Below, piece by piece: positions 13,008 through 26,066 of a DNA stretch of 64,000 bases. Numbering within the stretch: position 1 is the stretch's first letter; every line of letters starts with the position of its first letter. A program made the translations under genes and the position numbers. Source of the stretch: Nemertoderma westbladi (lineage: Eukaryota > Animalia > Xenacoelomorpha); contig JAUCBJ010000045.1 in NCBI GenBank assembly GCA_032718475.1, forward strand, positions 1 through 64,000. Direction: 5' to 3'. The notes beneath the pieces were generated by a model. That model did no database searches and was not told the DNA's origin. It saw only the letters and a list, made by a program, of their open reading frames with translations.

Positions 13008-14293
13008 CAGAAATCTTATATTTTTATCAGATTATCATTCAATTTCAGTGCATCTAATATTTGTACTTCACGTGTATTAAATAGCCCATAAAGTTGTTTA
13101 TATGTTGCCTAACAACAGTTGTGGCATTACTGAACCCTCATTGGTAACTACCGAAGCCGGTGTTCTTGCGTCTTATTGGCTGTTCTATTTCACTGAGCAT
13201 TGTTTGTACCCTTATATCAGTGTCCACCCTGACACTATAGGCTTAACCTGATATCATCTTCAGGTACTTTACATCAATTTTATAGCCTGACAAGTCACGT
13301 TAGTTGTAACGGCTTGCAGTATTTTACCTAATCACTTGCACGTAACAACTTATCATTTGCAATTAATAGCTTATGTGTCGAGGCGTTTATGGGAGGCTAA
13401 CCCGAAGATGCCTAGTAAGCCGTTATGTAGTTCTTATGAGTGTTATCAATGCCTCGGGATACCTGCCGCATATAGCAGGAACACTCACGAAAGTGTGGGG
13501 GTATATATATATTATCTAATATATATCTTAACGAGATCTAGAATTAGTTACTGTAAGTATAAGGCCTCAGCACTTACAAACTGCTTCAAAGGGGTACGAC
13601 AGTTACGTGTATACCGTTCCGTTATATTGTGTTGTTGGCTAGTAAATGTACGTATGACTTACATATATCACAAGTAGGACGCTACTTTGCTTAGTGCGTG
13701 GTAAGCGCACGATTTACTCGAATCACTTGCATCGCTGGTAAATAATAGTTACTAGTTGGGAATAATATAACAATACTGTGGACTCACACATTCGCATTAA
13801 ATGAATTATTACTGACAGGGCGCACTTACGTTTATAGTGTGGAAATCAAGCTGGTATGATCTTAAGTCCAATATATTCATCAACAAGTAGTGCAAATATA
13901 ATAGATTGCAAATGATTAGTTGTTAATGCAAGCAATTAGTTGTTAATACAAGTGATTAGGTAAAATATCATAGGCCACTATAACTAACGTGACTTACTAG
14001 GCTATAAAATCGATGTAAATTACCTGAGATGTTATCAGGTTAAGCCCTGCCTTTGCGAGGCTAACAACAGTTATATATGAATACACAATGTTCAGTGAAG
14101 ATAGAACAGCCAATAAGACGCAAGAATACCGACTATATAGAATATTCGGTAGCTACCAATGAGAGTTCAGCAACACTACAACCGTTGTTAGGCAACAATA
14201 TAAACAACCTTATGGGCTATTCAATACGTTCGAAGTACAAATAGTATATGCACTGACACCGAATAATAACCCGATGAAAATATATGATTTCTG
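13008..14293. mobile_element. Foldback/MITE-like element with about 300-bp diverged inverted arms
   Basis: 13008-13306 is the reverse complement of about 13981-14293 (e.g. TGTTGCCTAACAAC/GTTGTTAGGCAACA and TTCTTGCGTCTTATTGGCTGTTCTAT/ATAGAACAGCCAATAAGACGCAAGAA); ends CAGAAATC...GATTTCTG. Confidence 0.8.
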
Positions 14294-16675
14294 AAGGTTA
14301 GAGTTTGCCTCCATAAGGGTAGAGTTCGCCTCCCTAAGGCTAGAGTTCGCCTCCCTAAGGGTAGAGTTCACCTCCCTAAGGTTAGAGTTTGCTTCCTTAA
14401 GGGTTGAGTTCGCTTCCCTAAGGGTAGAGTTCGCCCCCCTAAGGGTAGAGTTCGCCTCCCTAAGGGAAGAGTTCGCCTCCCTAAGGGTAGTGTACGCCTA
14501 GTTCGCCTCCCTAAGGGTAGAGTTCGCCTCCCTAAGGGTAGAGTTCACCTCCCTAAGGTTAGAGTTCGCCTAGTTCGCCTCCCTAAGGGTTGAGTTCGCC
14601 CCTTAAGGGTAGAGTTCGTCCCCCTGAGGGTAGAGTTCGCCTCCCTAAGGGTAGAGTTCACCTCCCTAAGGGTATAGTTCGCCAGGTTCGCCTCCTTAAG
14701 GGTAGAGGTCGCCTCCCTAAGGGTAGAGTTCGCCTCCCTGACGCCCCTGGTAGAGTTCGCCTCCCTAAGGGTAGAGTTCGCCATCCCCCCTAAGGGTATA
14801 GTTCGCCCCACGTTCGCCTTCCCCCCCTAAGGGTAGAGTTCGCCTCCCTAAGGGTAGAGTTCGCCTAGTTCACCTCCCTAAGGGAAGAGTTCGCCTAGTT
14901 CGCCTCCCTAAGGTTAGAGTTCGCCTAGTTTGCCTCCCTAAGGTTAGAGTTCGTCTAGTTCGCCTCCCTAAGGTTAGAGTTCGCCTAGTTTGCCTCCCTA
15001 AGGTTAGAGTTCGTCTAGTTCGCCTCCCTAAGGTTAGAGTTCGCCTAGTTCGCCTCCCTAAGGTTAGAGATCGCCTCCCTAATGGTAGAGTTCGCCTCCC
15101 TAAGGGTAGAGTTCGCCTCCCTAAGGGTAGAGTTCGCCTAGTTCGCCTCCCTAAGGGTAGTGTTCGCCTCCCTAAGGGTAGAGTTCGCCTCCCTAAGGGT
15201 AAAGTTCGCCTCTCTAAGCGTAGAGTTCGCCTCCCTAAGGGTAGAGTTCGTCTCCCTAATGGTAGAGTTCGCCTCCCTAATGGTAGAGTTCGCCTCCCTA
15301 AGGGTATAATTCGCCTCCCTAAGGGTAGAGTTCACCTCCCTAAGGGTAGAGTTCGCCTAGTTCGCCTCCCTAAGGTTAGAGTTTGCCTAGTTCGCCTCCC
15401 TAAGGTTAGAGTTCGCCTAGTTCGCCTCCCTAAGGGTAGAGTTCGCCTCCCTAAGGGTAGAGTTCGCCTCCCTAAGGGTAGAGTTCGCCTCCCTAAGGGT
15501 AGAGTTCGCCTAGTTCGACTCCCTAAGGATAGTGTTCGCCTCCATAAGGGTAGAGTTCGCCTCCCTAAGGGCAAATTTCACCTCCCTAAGCGTAGAGTTC
15601 GCCTCTCTAAGGGTAGAGTTCGCCTCCCTAAGGGTAGAGTTCGCCTCCCTAAGGGTAGAGTTCGCCTCCCTAAGGGTAGAGTTCGCCTAGTTCGCCTCCC
15701 TAATGGTAGAGTTCGCCTCCCTAAGGTTAGAGTTCACCACCCTAAGGGTAGAGTTCGCCTCCCTAAGGGTAGAGTTCGCCTCCCTAAGGGTAGAGTTCGC
15801 CTCCCTAAGTGTAGAGTTCGCCTTCCTAAGGTTAGAGTTCGCCTCCCTAAGGGTAGAGTTCCCCTCACTAAGGGTAGAGTTCGCCTCCCTAAGGGTAGAG
15901 TTCGCCTCCCTAAGTGTAGAGTTCGCCTCCCTAATGGTAGAGTTCGCCTCCCTAAGGGTAGAGTTCGCCACCCTAAGGGTAGAGTTCGCCTCCCTAAGGG
16001 TAGAGTTCGCCTCCCTAAGGGTAGAGTTCGACTCTCTAAGGGTAGAGTTCGCCTCCCTAAGGGTAGAGTTCGCCTCCCTAAGGGTAGAGTTCGCCTAGTT
16101 CGCCTCCCTAAGGGTAGAGTTCGCCTCCCTAAGGGTAGAGTTCGCCTCCCTAAGTGTAGAGTTCGCCTTCCTATGGTTAGAGTTCGTCACCCTAAGGGTA
16201 TAGTTCGCCACCCTAAGGGTAGAGTTAGAGTTCGCCTCCCTAAGGGTAGAGTTCGCCTCACTAAGGTTAGAGTTCGCCTCCCTAAGGGTAGAGTTCGCCT
16301 CACTAAGGGTAGAGTTCGCCTAGTTCGCCTCCCTAATGGTAGAGTTCGCCTCCCTAAGGGTAGAGTTCGCCTCCCTAAGTGTAGAGTTCGCCTTCCTAAG
16401 GTTAAAGTTCGTCTCCCTAAGGGTATAGTTCGCCACTCTAAGGGTAGAGTTAGAGTTCGCCTCCCTAAGGGTAAAGTTCGCCTCACTAAGGTTAGAGTTC
16501 GCCTCCGTAAGGGTAGAGTTCGCCTCCCTAAGGGTAGAGTTCGCCTCACTAAGGGTAGAGTTCGCATCCCTAAGGGTAGAGTTCGCCTCCCTAAGGGTAG
16601 AGTTCGCCTCCCTAAGGTTAGAGTTCGCCTCCCTAAGGGTAGAGTTCGCCTCCCGAAGGTTAGAGTTCGCCTCCT
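14294..16675. repeat. 21-bp minisatellite, more than 100 units
   Basis: Unit AGGGTAGAGTTCGCCTCCCTA with recurrent 9-bp internal duplications (AGTTCGCCT). Confidence 0.98.
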
Positions 16676-18737
16676 TCAGGCTACAGTAAATAGCACAATT
16701 AGTTTTTGAAAATATAATTATTAATTCTGGCATAATGAAACCCAATTTATTTTCCTTATTGATTACCATTTCGCATTGTTACGAAAGCGTTGTCCTACTT
16801 GATTATTGAGCAAATCCACACAGACTGATAATGACATTCTTAATGGGTGAAATTGGAATACATTATTTATTCTCACATCTCACCAAAATCATCACAAAAT
16901 GTGAGTTTAACTACTTCCATCACAGTTTCAGTTGTGCAGAAAGTACTTTAATATTTGAATTTTTATATTTATATAGAACAAGCGATTACTACCTAGTATA
17001 ATCTCATTCATTATATTACACAATCTAAATAAATTAATGTTTGATGTATATTAATTTGAAAAACCTGGATTATAAGGATATCGGGATGATACGGATATTC
17101 CTTATATAAACTTCTATTCGATCTGTACACCTGCCATGAAACTCAACCCTCACACAACCATATTTTATTGCCTGTAATGTCAATATCTGAAATATATCGA
17201 AATAACTCAATTAATTAATGATTTTTAAATTTTTTAAACATTACAAGTTTTAAACAAAATATAATGTAGCACGACTAAGAAAACGGCGGAACATAACAAT
17301 TAAAAGAAATTATTAATTCCCAAATAATGTAACACCAACTAGAATATAGACTAAAAACATTCATAAGATTAGTAGTCTACATGGAAGAAATAATCCTGTC
17401 TGCGTATCGGGTTGTCCGTCGATGTCGAAGTCCGACATACTGACTATCATCTGTAAGGATAACGCCCCCAGCCATTCCTCTGGGAAGCTGCACTCATCGT
17501 CTGATAGGATCTTAGTTGCGATGTCTCCAATGAGCCCAAGTTTTATCACTCTATTATCGAATGCAATGAGCTACAACAATGTGATTCCCGCGCTCATTCC
17601 GGTATATGCGATAAGCCGTTGATATTTCTTCTCCCATTCAGTATCTACCCACGTCCAAAAATAAACTGAGATGCGATGGAGGATGGATCATATTTTATAG
17701 TCGCATCGACAGTCGCGGTGACATTTGGGGTGGAAGTTATTACCGCAATGGACTCGGAGATCCCACTTTATCGGATTTCATAATATCTATTTTCTGACAC
17801 TCAACAAGAATTGTTTCCTAAATATCGACTTGGGAGAATCGAGGATAATCTACAGCAACTTTACTTCGGTGTCTCCTTTTAAGTTAAACGTACTACTGTA
17901 CGACCGGTTGCTGATGGAGCTTACAATCTCACTGTCCTGAATAACATGGAGTTTCACCGAAGTTATGGATGGCGGATTAGGTACAACTGTGTTTTGGGTA
18001 TATGTTTTATACTTGCTACTTTTTGTTACTTTTTATTTTGATTATTTTCTAGAACATGTTATCTATTCTATTATATAACATGATAGATATATTATTTTAT
18101 AATAAATCTATTTCATATAAATATATTTCATTCTAGAACATTTATATGAAAATAATTTTTCAGTTATGGTTTTTGTTAGCTTATATTTAAAAATATTCCA
18201 CAAAATATGTGAGCTTTATTATTTAAAAAGTAAATATGTAAAAATACATTTTTTTTAACTCGCTAGTAATAAAATACTTACATTCCATAAAAACAGGTCA
18301 ATAAGGTCAATAAGGTCAATAAGGTCAATAGGTCCTATTGGTAATTAAACAGAATCGGTTTAAAATGAAATCACCAAAATAAATATAACATTTTAAAAAA
18401 TGTTCTAGAACCAAAATATTTGTTTTACAACAAAGAGGAACAAAGTAACAAAATCTAGCGATTATAAAAAATTAGGAGGCGCGTTTGCCCACTACGACTG
18501 AACTGTAGGCCAAGTACAGATGGACTGGAAGAATTCACCAAAATGAATGGGAACCGAAATATGAAACATTAGAGATGAAACTGAAGTGCCTGCCGTATCA
18601 AAGATAACAGAAACAAACTGTACCGTAGCAGTAGTAGGTTACTTATTGTTATTATGTAACTAACAAATATAATTTACAACAAATAATGAGCAACAAAAAC
18701 AGAACTGGAATAGTTAATGGATTTCTGGAATATTTTA

Positions 18738-19546
18738 GGCACTACTACAGTATGTGTACCCATGACCGGGATTTATTTTGTAGTAGCTAGTTTTTGCTAC
18801 TTTATTTTTTTTTAATGTTCTATGTCATATTAGCTATAGTTTTGCAAAAAAAATGTTCTAGAACAAATCTTCCTTGTTCTAGAATATTTTTTTTAAAGTT
18901 TATAATTCCTAATAATACACCTTAATCTGTTGCCTTTAAATACTTCAAAATATTATTCTAGAATGTTTTTTAATGTTTACAGTAGTAGGTTCACTTTAAC
19001 TGTTTTCATTAAATAAAATGCCACGTCACGAAAACAAAAAGTGCTCTAAAGATCCAAATATTATTGAGATTTCCAAAGAATAGTTATAAAAGAAAAGTAT
19101 ATAATTTTGAAAAAAACATTTTTTTTTAATAATAGCTAACTTGGAAAATCACTAGCTCGTCTGATAATTTGTATTTCTTAAAAAAAATGTTAAATGTTTA
19201 TAGATAAATAAACTATTTATTACACATAATTAATAATTTTTAAGAATTTCTTTTTATTTAATTTTTTTTAAATAATAGCTAATTTGGAAAATCACTAGCT
19301 AGCATGATAATATGTATTTTTAATGTTTATAGATAAATAAACAATTTATTACACATAATAATAAATTTTTAATAAATTTTTTTTTATATATAAATGTTCT
19401 AGAACAAAAAATATTTGTTCTAGAACATAATTTTTTTACCTACCAATAGCTAACATGAAATAAAATAGTTCTAATAAAAAGTAGCAAAAACTAGCTATAG
19501 TAAAAAAAATATGGTCATGGGTACACATACTGTATGTAGTAGTGCC
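18738..19546. mobile_element. MITE with GG-initiated TIRs and 8-bp TSD (Merlin-like by end signature)
   Basis: GGCACTACTAC..AGTATGTGTACCCATGACC inverted at both ends; flanks ATATTTTA / ATATTTGA (7 of 8 match). Confidence 0.7.
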
Positions 19547-19731
19547 ATATTTGATTTATACCAACATATAAACAAGTTTCTAGAACTCCATGAAAAGTTA
19601 AACCAACATGTATTAATTTTCTCTGAGTTACAATAAACAAATGAATGGCACTTCCGTAGGTCGTGTCGCTTCCGTTGGGCGGGAACGTCGATTCCAGGAA
19701 CCGCGGTAGGAATCACATAAAGGATAGATGG

Positions 19732-19950
19732 AACCCGTAGACTCAAAGGGTAAACCATATGTAACAACCAACCCGTAGACCCAGCGGGTAACCCATGGGT
19801 TACATCCAACCCGTCAACCCAGCGGGTTAACAATGGGTTCTAACAAAACCCGCCAAGCCAACTGGTTACCCATGGGTTCCACCCAACCCGTGAATCCATC
19901 GGGTAACCCATGGGTTCCATTCAACCCGTCAACGCAGCGGATAACTCATG
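19732..19950. repeat. 38-bp minisatellite, about 6 units
   Basis: Unit AACCCGTAGACCCAGCGGGTAACCCATGGGTTACATCC containing the palindrome AACCCATGGGTT. Confidence 0.85.
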
Positions 19951-20134
19951 TATTCTCATGGTAATGACACATCTACTTTTGCGGCAATATCATCATTACA
20001 TTTTCTTTTGTGTAGAACAAGAGAGGTGTGAAGACTTGACCCACACTCAGAGTGTTTAATATTAAGATGCACTATTTACAGTAGACATATAATAACACAA
20101 CACAAATACCGTGTAATTATTAATTAACTGAGAA

Positions 20135-20805
20135 TTAATCTGTTATATATTGATCTTCTCTTCCTCGAGATGTTACTTCTGTGTAGATTTGATCCAGCTG
20201 TGTGGTCTCTAGGTAACTCTTGTAGTATCGAATGTGAGCCATCAATCCCAGAAAGTTCCTTTTTTGACCTATTAAACGTTTTCCAATGAGAAACTGATAC
20301 GATTGGTCCGATCTTTCGGCCGCAGTTATATGTTTCTCTTTAATCTTGTGTTCTCCGCTATCTATGCTACGGATGTACAAATACATCTTGTTGGATGTGT
20401 AAGTTCCACGCACTGCCGCTACGGCCATGTACCACTTGTCGACAGTAACACAATCAGGTAGTGTAATTTGGTTTGGTGACGATTCATAGGAAAGAGATGT
20501 TGAATTGGGATGTATCGCAACGTGCGATCCTTGACTTTGGTTGTTGACAAACCCCAGTAACGGAGCTCTGTCCGTTGCCGTTGTCTGCTTGATAAAGGCA
20601 ATCATAGTGAACGTCTCTGTCTGGAGCCTGTCGTCATGGGGGATGGAAACATAGCCGCTACTAAAATCCGCTGATTGGCCCACAAATCCTCGGGGTCCTT
20701 CTTTGTACTTCAGGTTGTCATGGACGACTCCATTGAGTCGCCCCAATTGGTCATTCCCTTTGTATTTTAAACCGAGTGGCCAATAAGCAACCAGTGTGGT
20801 GTCAG
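20135..20805 (-). CDS. Terminal coding exon encoding a concanavalin A-like lectin/LamG domain
   Basis: Acceptor TTTTTTCTTGATTCTGATTCAG then DTTLVAYWPLG..GPRG..ADFSSGYVSIP..FTMIAFIK..WYMAVA..IGKR..FLGLMAHIRYY..L, the LamG_3-type pattern; stop at 20135-20137. Confidence 0.8.
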
Positions 20806-22824
20806 CTGAATCAGAATCAAGAAAAAATATAAATGTATTGAAATGATTTAGTAATCTAATTTATACTGAGAGCGAGAGCATCCATGACCCATATACAAAC
20901 TACAGTAGACTAGCTTATTAATACCTATATATATAATACCTAAACATTTTATAAATAATGCCTTTGGAAACACTTGACCCGTCTTCTGTGAGCCAATCTT
21001 ACCTTCGCAAAGCGTTGACCCATCTTCTGTGAGCCAATATTACCTTCGCAAATCTGAGACTCGCCTTCTTTGAGCCAATATTACCTTCGCAAACCGTTGA
21101 CCATTCTTCTGTGAGCCAATATTACCTTCGCAAACCGTTGGCCATCTTCTGTGAGCCAATATTACTTTCGCAAACCTTTGACCCGTCTTCTGTGAGCCAA
21201 TATTACCTTCGCAAACCTTTGACCCGTCTTCTGTGAGCCAATATTACCTTCGCAAACCTTTGACCCGTCTTCTGTGAGCCAATATTACCTCCGCAAACCT
21301 TTGAACCGTCTTCTGTGAGCCAATATTACCTTCGCAAACCGTTGACCCTTCTTATGTGAGCCAATATTACCTTCGCAAATCTAAGACTCGCCTTCTTTAA
21401 GCCAATATTACCTTCGCAAACCGTCGACCCTTCTTCTGTGAGCCAAAATTACCTTCGCAAAGCGTTGACCCGTCTCTTCTGTGAGCCAATATTACCTTCG
21501 CAAACCGTTGACCCATCTTCTGTGAGCCAATATTACCTTCGCAAACCGTTGACCCGTCTTCTGTGAGCCAATATTACCTTCGCAAACCTTTGACCCGTCT
21601 TCTGTGAGCCAATCTTACCTTCGCGAACCTTTGACCCGTCTTCTGTGAGCCAATATTACATTCGCAAACCTTTGACCCGTCTTCTGTGAGCCAATCTTAC
21701 CTTCGCAAACCTTTGACCCGTCTTCTGTGAGCCAATATTACATTTGCAAACCTTTGACCCGTCTTCTGTGAGCCAATATAACCTTCGCAAATCTTAGACT
21801 CGCCTTCTGTGAGCCAATATTACCTTCGCAAACCGTTGACCCATCTTCTGTGAGCCAATCTTACCTTCGGAAATCGTTGACCCATCTTCTGTGAGCCAAT
21901 ATTACTTTCGCAAATCTTACACTCGCCTTCTGTGAGCCAATATTACCTTCGCAAATCTTAGACTCGCCTTCTGTGAGCCAATATTACCTTCGCAAACCGC
22001 TGATCCATCTTCTCTGAGCCAATATTACCTTCGTAAATCTTAGACTCGCCTTCTGTGAGCCAATATTACCTTCGCAAATCTTAGACTCACATTCTGTGAG
22101 CCAATGTTACCTTCGCAAACCGTTGACCCACTTCAGTGAGCTAATATTACATTGGCAAACCGTTGACCCGCCTCCTGTGAGCCAATCTTACCTTCGCAAA
22201 CAGTTGACCCATCTTCTGTGAGCCAATATTACCTTCGCAAACCGTTGACCCACTTCAGTGAGCTAATATTACCTTCACAAACCTTTGACCCATCTTCTGT
22301 GAGCCAATCTTACCTTCGCAAACCTTTGACCAATCTTCTGTGAGCCAATCTTACCTTCGCAAACCGTTGACCCATCTTCTGTGAGCCAATATTACCTTCG
22401 CAAACCGTTGACCCGCCTTCAGTGAGCCAATATTACCTTCGCAATCCGTTGACCCGCCTTCTGTGAGTCAATATTACTTTCGCAAATCTTAGACCCGCCT
22501 TCTGTGAGCCAATCTTACCTTCACAAACCGTTGACCCGCCTTCTGTGAGCCAATCTTACCTTCGCAAACCGTTGACCCGTCTTCTGTGAGCCAATATTAC
22601 CTTCTCAAACCGTTGACCCGCCTTCTGTAAGCCAATCTTACCATCGCAAACCGTTGACCCATCTTCTGTGAGCCAATATTACCTTCGCAAACCGTTAACC
22701 CGTCTTCTTTGAGCCAATCTTTCCTTCGCAAACCGTTGACCCGCCTTCTGTGAGCCAATCTTACCTTCGCAAACCGTTGACCCACTTCAGTGAGCTAATA
22801 TTACCTTCGCAAACCGTTGACCCG

Positions 22825-25474
22825 CACAGTGGGGCTTAACTTGGTTTTTGGCAAAGGTTGGACCCCGTTCATGAAAATAAGTTTTTTGAGCTTAGTTGGT
22901 CCCCTAATGTAAAAATTGACAAAAATTAAAATATTTCATGGGTGGCTTTTTAAATTAATACTATTTAAGTAATTATTTAATACTAATCATATTACTAAAT
23001 TTCAACACTTACTCCCCCAAACAAATTGACAGATTTATTTTGCTCCATTGGTGTCACATTGTACACAAAATAAAAAAATTTAAAATTTCATGGGTGGCTT
23101 TTAATATAATGCTATTTAATTATTTATTTAATACTAAATATTATTACCTTTAACAAAGGATGTTACCCCATTCCTGAAAACAAGTTATTTTGCTCTAATC
23201 ATGTCTCGATGAATAAAATATAAAAAATTAGAAAGTTTCATGGGTGGCTTTTAATATAAATTATATTTAATTATTTATTTAATACTAAATATTATTACCT
23301 TTAACAAAGGATGTTTGGTACCCTATCCCATTCATGAAAACAAGTTTTTTTTGGCTCCAAGCATATCTTGATGATTATAATACAAAAAATTAGAAAGTTT
23401 CATTGGTAATTTTTAATAATACAACTATTTATTTATCCAGTTAATACTAAATATATGTAATTATTTTGATATACTGTACAGTATACTCCATTAAAAACCA
23501 AAAATAGTTCATACATGTTTCGAATTATATTCCTTAACTGCTTGGAGTAGCTAATTTGCGTATCTTGGATGACTTTCTAAAACTTTATACTTCGACCATG
23601 TTTTTCAAGAAAATGTTGCTTGTTCAGAAAATTAACCCAATCTTAGAATGATGTGGCATTTTTCAGGAACGAAATAAACATTTCAGTCCACTAACAACAT
23701 TAGACTATATACATGTATACATTAAGGTATATCAGATAATGGCGCACCATTATCTGCAGTGTGTAAGATTAAGTAAGAAATAAAATTAAATAGTTTATGA
23801 TGTTTTATAAATTTATAATAAGATCGATGTTCTTAAATGTATTTTATATTTAACTTAAGAACCACTTAAAAATGAATGAATGAAAAATATGCCTTAAACT
23901 GAAGCATACTGTATATCTATACCCAAGACTAAGAACAATCATGAACTAATGTAGAATGTAGCTGTTATTTTATATTATAATGTAGTGTAGGTGTGTGCAT
24001 CCATGCATGAATAATGTGAAAGATTATACCTACTGATGTTCTACTAATATATGGTTGGTTCGGTTGGTTTGATTGGTAAGATAAATAAACAATTATATAG
24101 AGAGAGTACACATTGTGTCTTATTACCTACAACAACTCAGTACAGTTGTAGGTAAGACACAATGATTATTGATACAATGTTGCTGACCACCAGTTGAGGA
24201 ATTATATTAATAAAAAAGTAAATAAATACATAGATTATAGATAAAATGTTTGAAAATATGGGATTTTTTATGAAGATTGTGGACTGGTCCATATCTTCCA
24301 ACTGCTGATCTACGCTAGTCCTTCATTGTATAAACAATGAGCTTATATACTATATATATATATATATAAGTAATCATATTTAGTATTAATTGAATAATAA
24401 AATAATTGTAATATTAAACGCCACCCAGGAAACTTTCAAATTTTTTATATTTTATTCATCAAGGCCTGCTTGAAGTCAAAAAACTAGTTTTAATGTATGG
24501 GAAAGAGTACCAATCATCCTTTGTTAAATGTAATAATATTTAGCATTAAATAAATAATTAAATAGCATTTATATTAAAAGCCACCCATGAAACTTTCTAA
24601 TGTTTTATATTTTATTCACCAAGACATGCTTGGAGCCAAACAAACTTTTTTCATGTATGGGATGGGGTAACAAACATCCTTAGTTAAAGGTAATAATATT
24701 TAGTATTAAATAAATAATTAAATAGCATTTATATTAAAAGCCACCCATGAAACTTTCTAATTTTTTATATTTTATTCATCGAGACATGATTAGAGCCAAA
24801 AAACGTGTTTTCAGGAATGGGGTAACATCCTTTGTTAAAGGTAATAATATTTAGCATTAAATAAATAATTAAATAGCATTTATATTAAAAGCCACCCATG
24901 AAACTTTCTAATGTTTTATATTTTATTCACCAAGACATGCTTGGAGCCAAACAAACTTTTTTCATGTATGGGATGGGGTAACAAACATCCTTAGTTAAAG
25001 GTAATAATATTTAGTATTAAATAAATAATTAAATAGCATTTATATTAAAAGCCACCCATGAAACTTTCTAATTTTTTATATTTTATTCATCGAGACATGA
25101 TTAGAGCCAAAAAACGTGTTTTCAGGAATGGGGTAACATCCTTTGTTAAAGGTAATAATATTTAGTATTAAATAAATAATTAAATAGCATTATATTAAAA
25201 GCCACCCATGAAATTTAAAATTTTTTTATTTTTTGTACAATGTGACACCAATGGAGCAAAATAAACCTGTCAATATGTTTGGGGGAGTAAGTGATGAAAT
25301 TTAGTAATATGATTAGTATTAAATAATTACTTAAATAGTATTAATATAAAAAGCCACCCATGAAATATTTTAATTTTTGTGAATTTTTACATTAGGGGAC
25401 CAACTAAGCTCAAAAAACTTATTTTCATGAACGGGGTCCAACCTTTGCCAAAAACCAAGTTAAGCCCCACTGTG
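22825..25474 (-). mobile_element. Non-autonomous Chapaev-like (CMC/Transib-related) DNA transposon with long TIRs
   Basis: Ends CACAGTGGGGCTTAACTTGG... / ...CCAAGTTAAGCCCCACTGTG; near-perfect TIRs of several hundred bp with about 150-bp subterminal repeats; 4-bp TSD CCCG. Confidence 0.85.
23509..23665 (-). pseudogene. Transposase C-terminal relic inside the Chapaev-like element
   Basis: Minus strand reads LG*FSEQAT and KTWSKYKVLESHPRYAN*LLQAVKEYNSKHV*, resembling the catalytic-Glu region and C-terminus of Chapaev-type transposases as I recall them. Confidence 0.6.
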
Positions 25475-26066
25475 CCCGCCTCCTGTGAGCCAATCTTACC
25501 TTCGCAAACAGTTGAACCATCTTCTGTGAGCCAATATTACCTTCGCAAACCGTTGACCCACTTCAGTGAGCCAATATTACCTTCACAAACCTTTGACCCA
25601 TCTTCTGTAAGCCAATCTTACACCTTCGCAAACCTTTGACCCAACTTCTGTGAGCCAATATTACCCTCGCAAACCTTTGACCCATCTTCTATGAGCCAAT
25701 CTTACCTTCGCAAACAATTGACCCATCTTCTGTCAGCCAATGTTACCTTCGCAAACCGTTGACCATCTTCTGTGAGCCAATCTTACCTTCGCAAACCTTT
25801 GACCCATCTTCTGTGAGCCAATCTTACCTTCGTAAACCTTTGACCCATCTTCTGTGAGCCAATATTACCTTCGTAAATCTTAGACTCGCCTTCTGTGAGC
25901 CAATCTTACCTTCGCAAACCGTTGACCCATCTTCTGTGAGCCAATATTACCTTCGCAAACCGTTGATCCGCCTTCTGTGAGCCAATCTTACCTTCGCAAA
26001 CCGTTGACCCGCCTTCTGTGAGCCAATATTACCTTCGCAAACCGTTGACCCGCCTTCATTCGATTC

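Larger units (their letters stand above)
20970..26056. repeat. 41-bp minisatellite split by a DNA transposon (arrays 20970-22824 and 25475-26056)
   Basis: Unit TTACCTTCGCAAACCGTTGACCCATCTTCTGTGAGCCAATA; register resumes after the insertion. Confidence 0.97.

Noticed and set aside
14545-16769. ORFs such as (REANSTL)n, (RVRLPKG)n and (RVEFASL)n
   Set aside because: Translations of a 21-bp satellite, open in several frames on both strands and interrupted by stops.
22825-22851. True RSS / ProtoRAG transposon
   Set aside because: Nonamer-like motif is inverted, spacer is 11 nt, TSD is 4 bp and no RAG1/RAG2-like ORF is present.
20970-26056. 41-bp array as a CRISPR array
   Set aside because: Head-to-tail repeats with no unique spacers, no cas genes, eukaryotic context. 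The same applies to the 21-, 30- and 65-bp arrays.
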